DNA from: Fonticula alba ATCC 38817
Lineage: Eukaryota; Protista; Nucleariida
Direction: 5' to 3' (one strand)
NCBI GenBank assembly: GCA_000388065.2
Contig: KB932202.1
Length of the DNA stretch: 24,977 bases
The notes beneath the pieces were generated by a model. The model was given only the letters and a program-made list of their open reading frames with translations, had not been told where the DNA came from and made no database searches. Within the stretch, counting starts at the first letter, position 1, and each line of letters begins with the position of its first letter. This document shows positions 21,506 to 24,977 of the stretch, piece after piece. A program made the translations under genes and the position numbers.

Positions 21506-22008
21506 ACTGGACACAGAGAGGGAGGTAGAGAGAAAGGGGGGGGGAGGGAAAGGGGCAGAGAAAAAGAAAGGCAGAGGGGGAGGAGGGGGGAGGAATCTCT
21601 CCGTCGGCCTGGCGGACGGTGCAGCGCGGGTGGCCTTGTATCCCCCACTCCACCCCCCCCCCGACCCCCGGACCGGCCCCATGCGCCGCGGATGCCGACC
21701 TCGCCCGCATTGCCCGACGGGGAGCATGTGGGCGTGTTCAGCCAGGCCAGGTCCCAACGATTGGTCGCCCGCTCCAGGTGGCCATCGCCGCCCTTCCTGG
21801 CCCGTGCGATGGGGCCCTACCATTGGGAGGTGCGTTGGTGTGGGGCTTTTTTTGGGCGCCGCCCCTGGGGCGGGGCGGACTCGGCGCTGGGCTACCCCCG
21901 CACAACAACCAGCCTGCCCTCCTCCCCGCCCGCCCGCCCGCCCTCCTCTTCTCTGCTCTTTCTCGCCGTCCCCTCCCCTTGCGCGTGCGTGCACCGGCCT
22001 TCACCACC
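21506..22008. promoter_or_regulatory. Probable bidirectional promoter shared by NOL12 and RPC11
   Basis: The two ATGs are head-to-head, 503 bp apart. ATTGG occurs at 21760 and 21822, and GGGGCGGGGCGG at 21867-21878. Confidence 0.5.
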
Positions 22009-22587
22009 ATGCTTTTCTGCCCCGGCTGCGGGAATGTTCTTCTGGTGAACTCGGACGCCAGTGACATCGGCGACTTCCAGTTTGCTTGTCAGACATGCCC
22101 CTATGTGCATTCGATAAAGCGCAAGGTACATGACCACGCCTGTCTGCACGCCGCAACGCCGCAACGCCGCAACGCCGCAACGCCGCAACGCCGCATGCCG
22201 TCCTTGGGATGACGCAAACTCACCTGCCCTCCCCCCCCCCTCCTTTCTCTCATCCTTGCTCCTCCTCCGGCAGATCTCCTCGCGCATCATCCTCAAGCGC
22301 AAGGAGGTGGATGATGTTCTCGGTGGCGAGGGCTCCTGGGATAATGTCGACTCGACGGAGGGTGCGCCCCGCTTGGCAACTGGCCGGTGCATCTGCCGCC
22401 TGAAATGCACCCCTCCCGCGGCTACTGACCCCTCATCCCGCTGGCGCTCCGCTCCATCTCAGTGCCCTGCCCGAAGTGCGATAACCGCCGGGCCTACTTC
22501 ATGCAAATCCAGATCCGCTCGGCTGATGAGCCAATGTCCACCTTCTACAAGTGCACCAAGTGCGCGGCCCAGTGGCGCGAAGGCTAA
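22009..22587 (+). CDS. POLR3K: RNA polymerase III subunit C11 (RPC10/RPC11); exons 22009-22125, 22274-22361, 22463-22587; 109 aa
   Basis: MLFCPGCGNVL...FACQTCPY (N-terminal Zn ribbon), LKRKEVDDVLGGEGSWDNVDSTE, and CPKCDNRRAYFMQIQIRSADEPMSTFYKCTKC (TFIIS-like ribbon with the acidic SADEP hairpin). Confidence 0.97.
22148..22195. repeat. (ACGCCGCA)6 tandem repeat in RPC11 intron 1
   Basis: Read directly from the sequence; repeated in the duplicate copy at 24938-24977. Confidence 0.95.
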
Positions 22588-22822
22588 GTGGCATGCCAGG
22601 GGCAAGGTATCTGACGCCGTGGATTCCTCGGCTCTGCTCCGCCCTTCCGACAGCATGCTCACTCCTCGAGAGATTTGCCCCGGGCAAGAATACAAGCACA
22701 AAATCTACCACCTTCCAAAAAATGTGGCACCCATGCACCTGGAGACGGGGCCCAAACTCAAACACACGCGCACGCACGCATGCACGCACACACACACACA
22801 CACACACAGAGGAATATTGCTG

Positions 22823-22828
22823 TTTATT
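22823..22828 (-). terminator. Candidate polyadenylation signal (AATAAA on the minus strand) for the Bud6-like gene
   Basis: TTTATT on the plus strand, about 455 nt downstream of the minus-strand stop at 23283. Confidence 0.3.
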
Positions 22829-23282
22829 GCTGGCTAAAGGGGGCGCAGGTAGTGTGGGAGATGTGCGCACGCGTGCACATGTACGCACCCAGGGCGGAGG
22901 GGAGAACGAGGGAAAGGGGGGAGGATACCGGCACACCGGCGGCGAGGTAACTGAGGATGGGCCCGCCTCTGGACAGGACTTCTCCTTCGACCTCTCATGT
23001 TATTGGCCGCCCCCCTCCCCCTCTCACCGGGATCGCCCGAGGCCGATGACACTCTGTGATTGACTCTCGGGAGATCATGAAGGGAGGGGGAGGGAGGGAG
23101 GGGGTGAAGAAAGGGGGAGGGACGAAGAGAGGGGAGAACACGTAGCCAGGAGTGGGATGGACAAGGGGAGGGGGAGCACAAGAAGGGGAAAAACCATGCG
23201 CGCAGCGAAGAGGAAAGGGAGGACCTGCATCAGGCGGCCGAGGCAAAGGGAGGGCAGCGCGCAGCAGGGCGTGCATGGCACA

Positions 23283-24408
23283 CTACCCGCGCTTGGCGGC
23301 CGCCGCCTCGGCAATGCTCGCCAGGCCCTCGAAAATGAGGCGCGTGGCGCGAGCCTCACGCTCGCGCTCCATCTCCTCGAAGCTCTCGCTGGTCTTGCGC
23401 AGGCGACCCTGGCCGACGAAGGAGCTCAGCTCCGACTGGAAGGGGTTCACCTCCTCGACCTGGGTCATCTTGCGGAACTGTGTGCAGGACATCATATCAT
23501 GGCCCGGAGGCGAGACCAGTCCGGAGGAAGGGGGAAGCAGCACAGGAGCCAAGGGCTGGTTAGTTGTCCGGTGCGGCCGCGCTCTGTTGGCACGAATGCC
23601 GAGGCACATCCCGCCGCGCCCGGGGACAAAGGCAAAAGACATGGCGCGCGGAGGAAGACAAGGGGAAAGCCAGCAATGTGCGCACCTTCTGGGTCTCCTC
23701 CAGGGCCTTCATGCGCTTGAGACTCTCCTGCTCGAGGTCGCGGCTCTGGATGGACGACAGCAGGCCAGACCGGAGCTCCATGTCACTGATGCCATCCGGC
23801 AGCGAGGGCGGCACCCAGTCAAGCGGCCGGGAGGCACGCTGGGAGGACTTGATCTCGGCGGCCTTGGCCACGCGCTCGACGACGGTCGACACACCGGCGC
23901 GCTCATCATCCAGGTCCAGCATGTCATTCTCCCACTCCTCAAGGAGCTTCTTCTCGGCACCGATGCGCTTGATCTCGGTCTCCCACTGGCGCTTCCAGGT
24001 GGTCTTGCAGGACTCGATGAAGTCCAGGTGGGCCGACAGGTCGGCCTCCAGGTCACTGGACTCGGTGGTAATCCGATTGATGGAGGCCTGTGGACAGAGA
24101 GCGGGGTGTGTGCGTGTGCGTGTGCGTGTGTCCGTGTGTGTGTGTGTGTGTGTTAGAGAGATAGAGAGGGGGAGAGAGAGGGGGGGAAAGACAAAAGGGA
24201 AACAGGCTCAAAAGGACGCTCATGGAGGGAACGATGGAGGAGGCGGCGGAAGAGGTGCACGTACGGCATCTGGGGTGATGCGCCGGCGGGTGATGTCCAG
24301 GCGGATGACATCGGCCGCCAGGCGAAGAGCCTTGACACGGTCGGCCAGGGTCTGGTTGTTCTCCAGAATCCGGGCACTATCGTCGTCGATGTGACGGGCG
24401 CTGGGGGC
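23283..24408 (-). CDS. Bud6/Aip3 (AIP3-domain) actin and formin regulator, C-terminal part; visible exons about 24408-24265, 24087-23686, 23477-23283; 5' end lost at the gap
   Basis: DRVKALRLAADVIRLDITRRRITP resembles Bud6 VDDLQDLVEDLRKDV..RGVRP. KTTWKRQWETEIKRIGAEKKLL resembles WKK.WE.EL..VCEEQ. NPFQSELSSFVGQGRLRKTSESFEEMERER resembles FQKELG.FVEEGKLKKSGG.EEVER.R. These comparisons are from memory. The introns GTACGT(24264) and GTGCGC(23685) are frame-consistent. Confidence 0.8.
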
Positions 24409-24444
24409 CTGCATCGCCATGCGTGTGTTTGTGTGTGTGTGTGT

Positions 24445-24454
24445 NNNNNNNNNN
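24445..24454. other. Assembly gap (10 N)
   Basis: Run of Ns between a (GT)n tract and the duplicated block. Confidence 0.99.
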
Positions 24455-24977
24455 CCCCCGGACCGGCCCCATGCGCCGCGGATGCCGACCTCGCCCGCAT
24501 TGCCCGACGGGGAGCATGTGGGCGTGTTCAGCCAGGCCAGGTCCCAACGATTGGTCGCCCGCTCCAGGTGGCCATCGCCGCCCTTCCTGGCCCGTGCGAT
24601 GGGGCCCTACCATTGGGAGGTGCGTTGGTGTGGGGCTTTTTTTGGGCGCCGCCCCTGGGGCGGGGCGGACTCGGCGCTGGGCTACCCCCGCACAACAACC
24701 AGCCTGCCCTCCTCCCCGCCCGCCCGCCCGCCCTCCTCTTCTCTGCTCTTTCTCGCCGTCCCCTCCCCTTGCGCGTGCGTGCACCGGCCTTCACCACCAT
24801 GCTTTTCTGCCCCGGCTGCGGGAATGTTCTTCTGGTGAACTCGGACGCCAGTGACATCGGCGACTTCCAGTTTGCTTGTCAGACATGCCCCTATGTGCAT
24901 TCGATAAAGCGCAAGGTACATGACCACGCCTGTCTGCACGCCGCAACGCCGCAACGCCGCAACGCCGCAACGCCGCA
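24455..24977 (+). repeat. Direct duplicate of 21665-22187 (523 bp, offset 2790)
   Basis: Line-by-line comparison shows the same sequence, and I saw no differences by eye. Confidence 0.95.
24799..24915 (+). other. POLR3K: Second copy of RPC11 exon 1 inside the duplicated block; the window ends in intron 1
   Basis: Matches 22009-22125. It is possibly an assembly artefact rather than a true paralogue. Confidence 0.75.

Noticed and set aside
24938-24977. Tandem 8-mer at the window end as a possible telomere
   Set aside because: It is the same intronic repeat as 22148-22195, copied within the duplicated block.
1-24977. CRISPR array, tRNA, rRNA, transposase or U12-type introns
   Set aside because: I saw no spacer-separated repeats, no tRNA T-loop in a cloverleaf context, no rRNA signatures, no RT or DDE motifs and no RTATCCTT donors. 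This was a visual scan only.

Overview
GC-rich, intron-containing eukaryotic nuclear DNA, not prokaryotic. Introns and intergenic DNA are rich in homopolymer, (CA)n and (GA)n tracts, and there are three assembly gaps. I built ten protein-coding gene models by hand, using GT-AG junctions that keep the reading frame and restore family motifs recalled from memory: SGF29 (+), a Tim44-domain Mba1/MRPL45-like protein (-), a Nudix hydrolase (-), proteasome alpha-4/PSMA7 (-), a C3HC3H zinc-finger protein like KANSL2/INO80D (+), mago nashi (-), RPB2 (+, start codon not visible), NOL12/Rrp17 (-), RPC11/POLR3K (+) and a 5'-truncated Bud6/Aip3 homologue (-). Gene content and composition suggest a holomycotan protist such as Fonticula; this is inference only. 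I found no tRNA, rRNA, CRISPR array or transposase. The last 523 bp duplicate positions 21665-22187. No clear multi-gene novel system is visible. The strongest unusual signals are: all 21 inferred splice donors have C at +4 (GTRCGY); RPB2 has substitutions in near-invariant Pol II loops and a last intron with an odd architecture; the Nudix gene looks prokaryote-like yet has an intron; a Bud6 homologue is present; and 3.9 kb between mago and RPB2 is unexplained.
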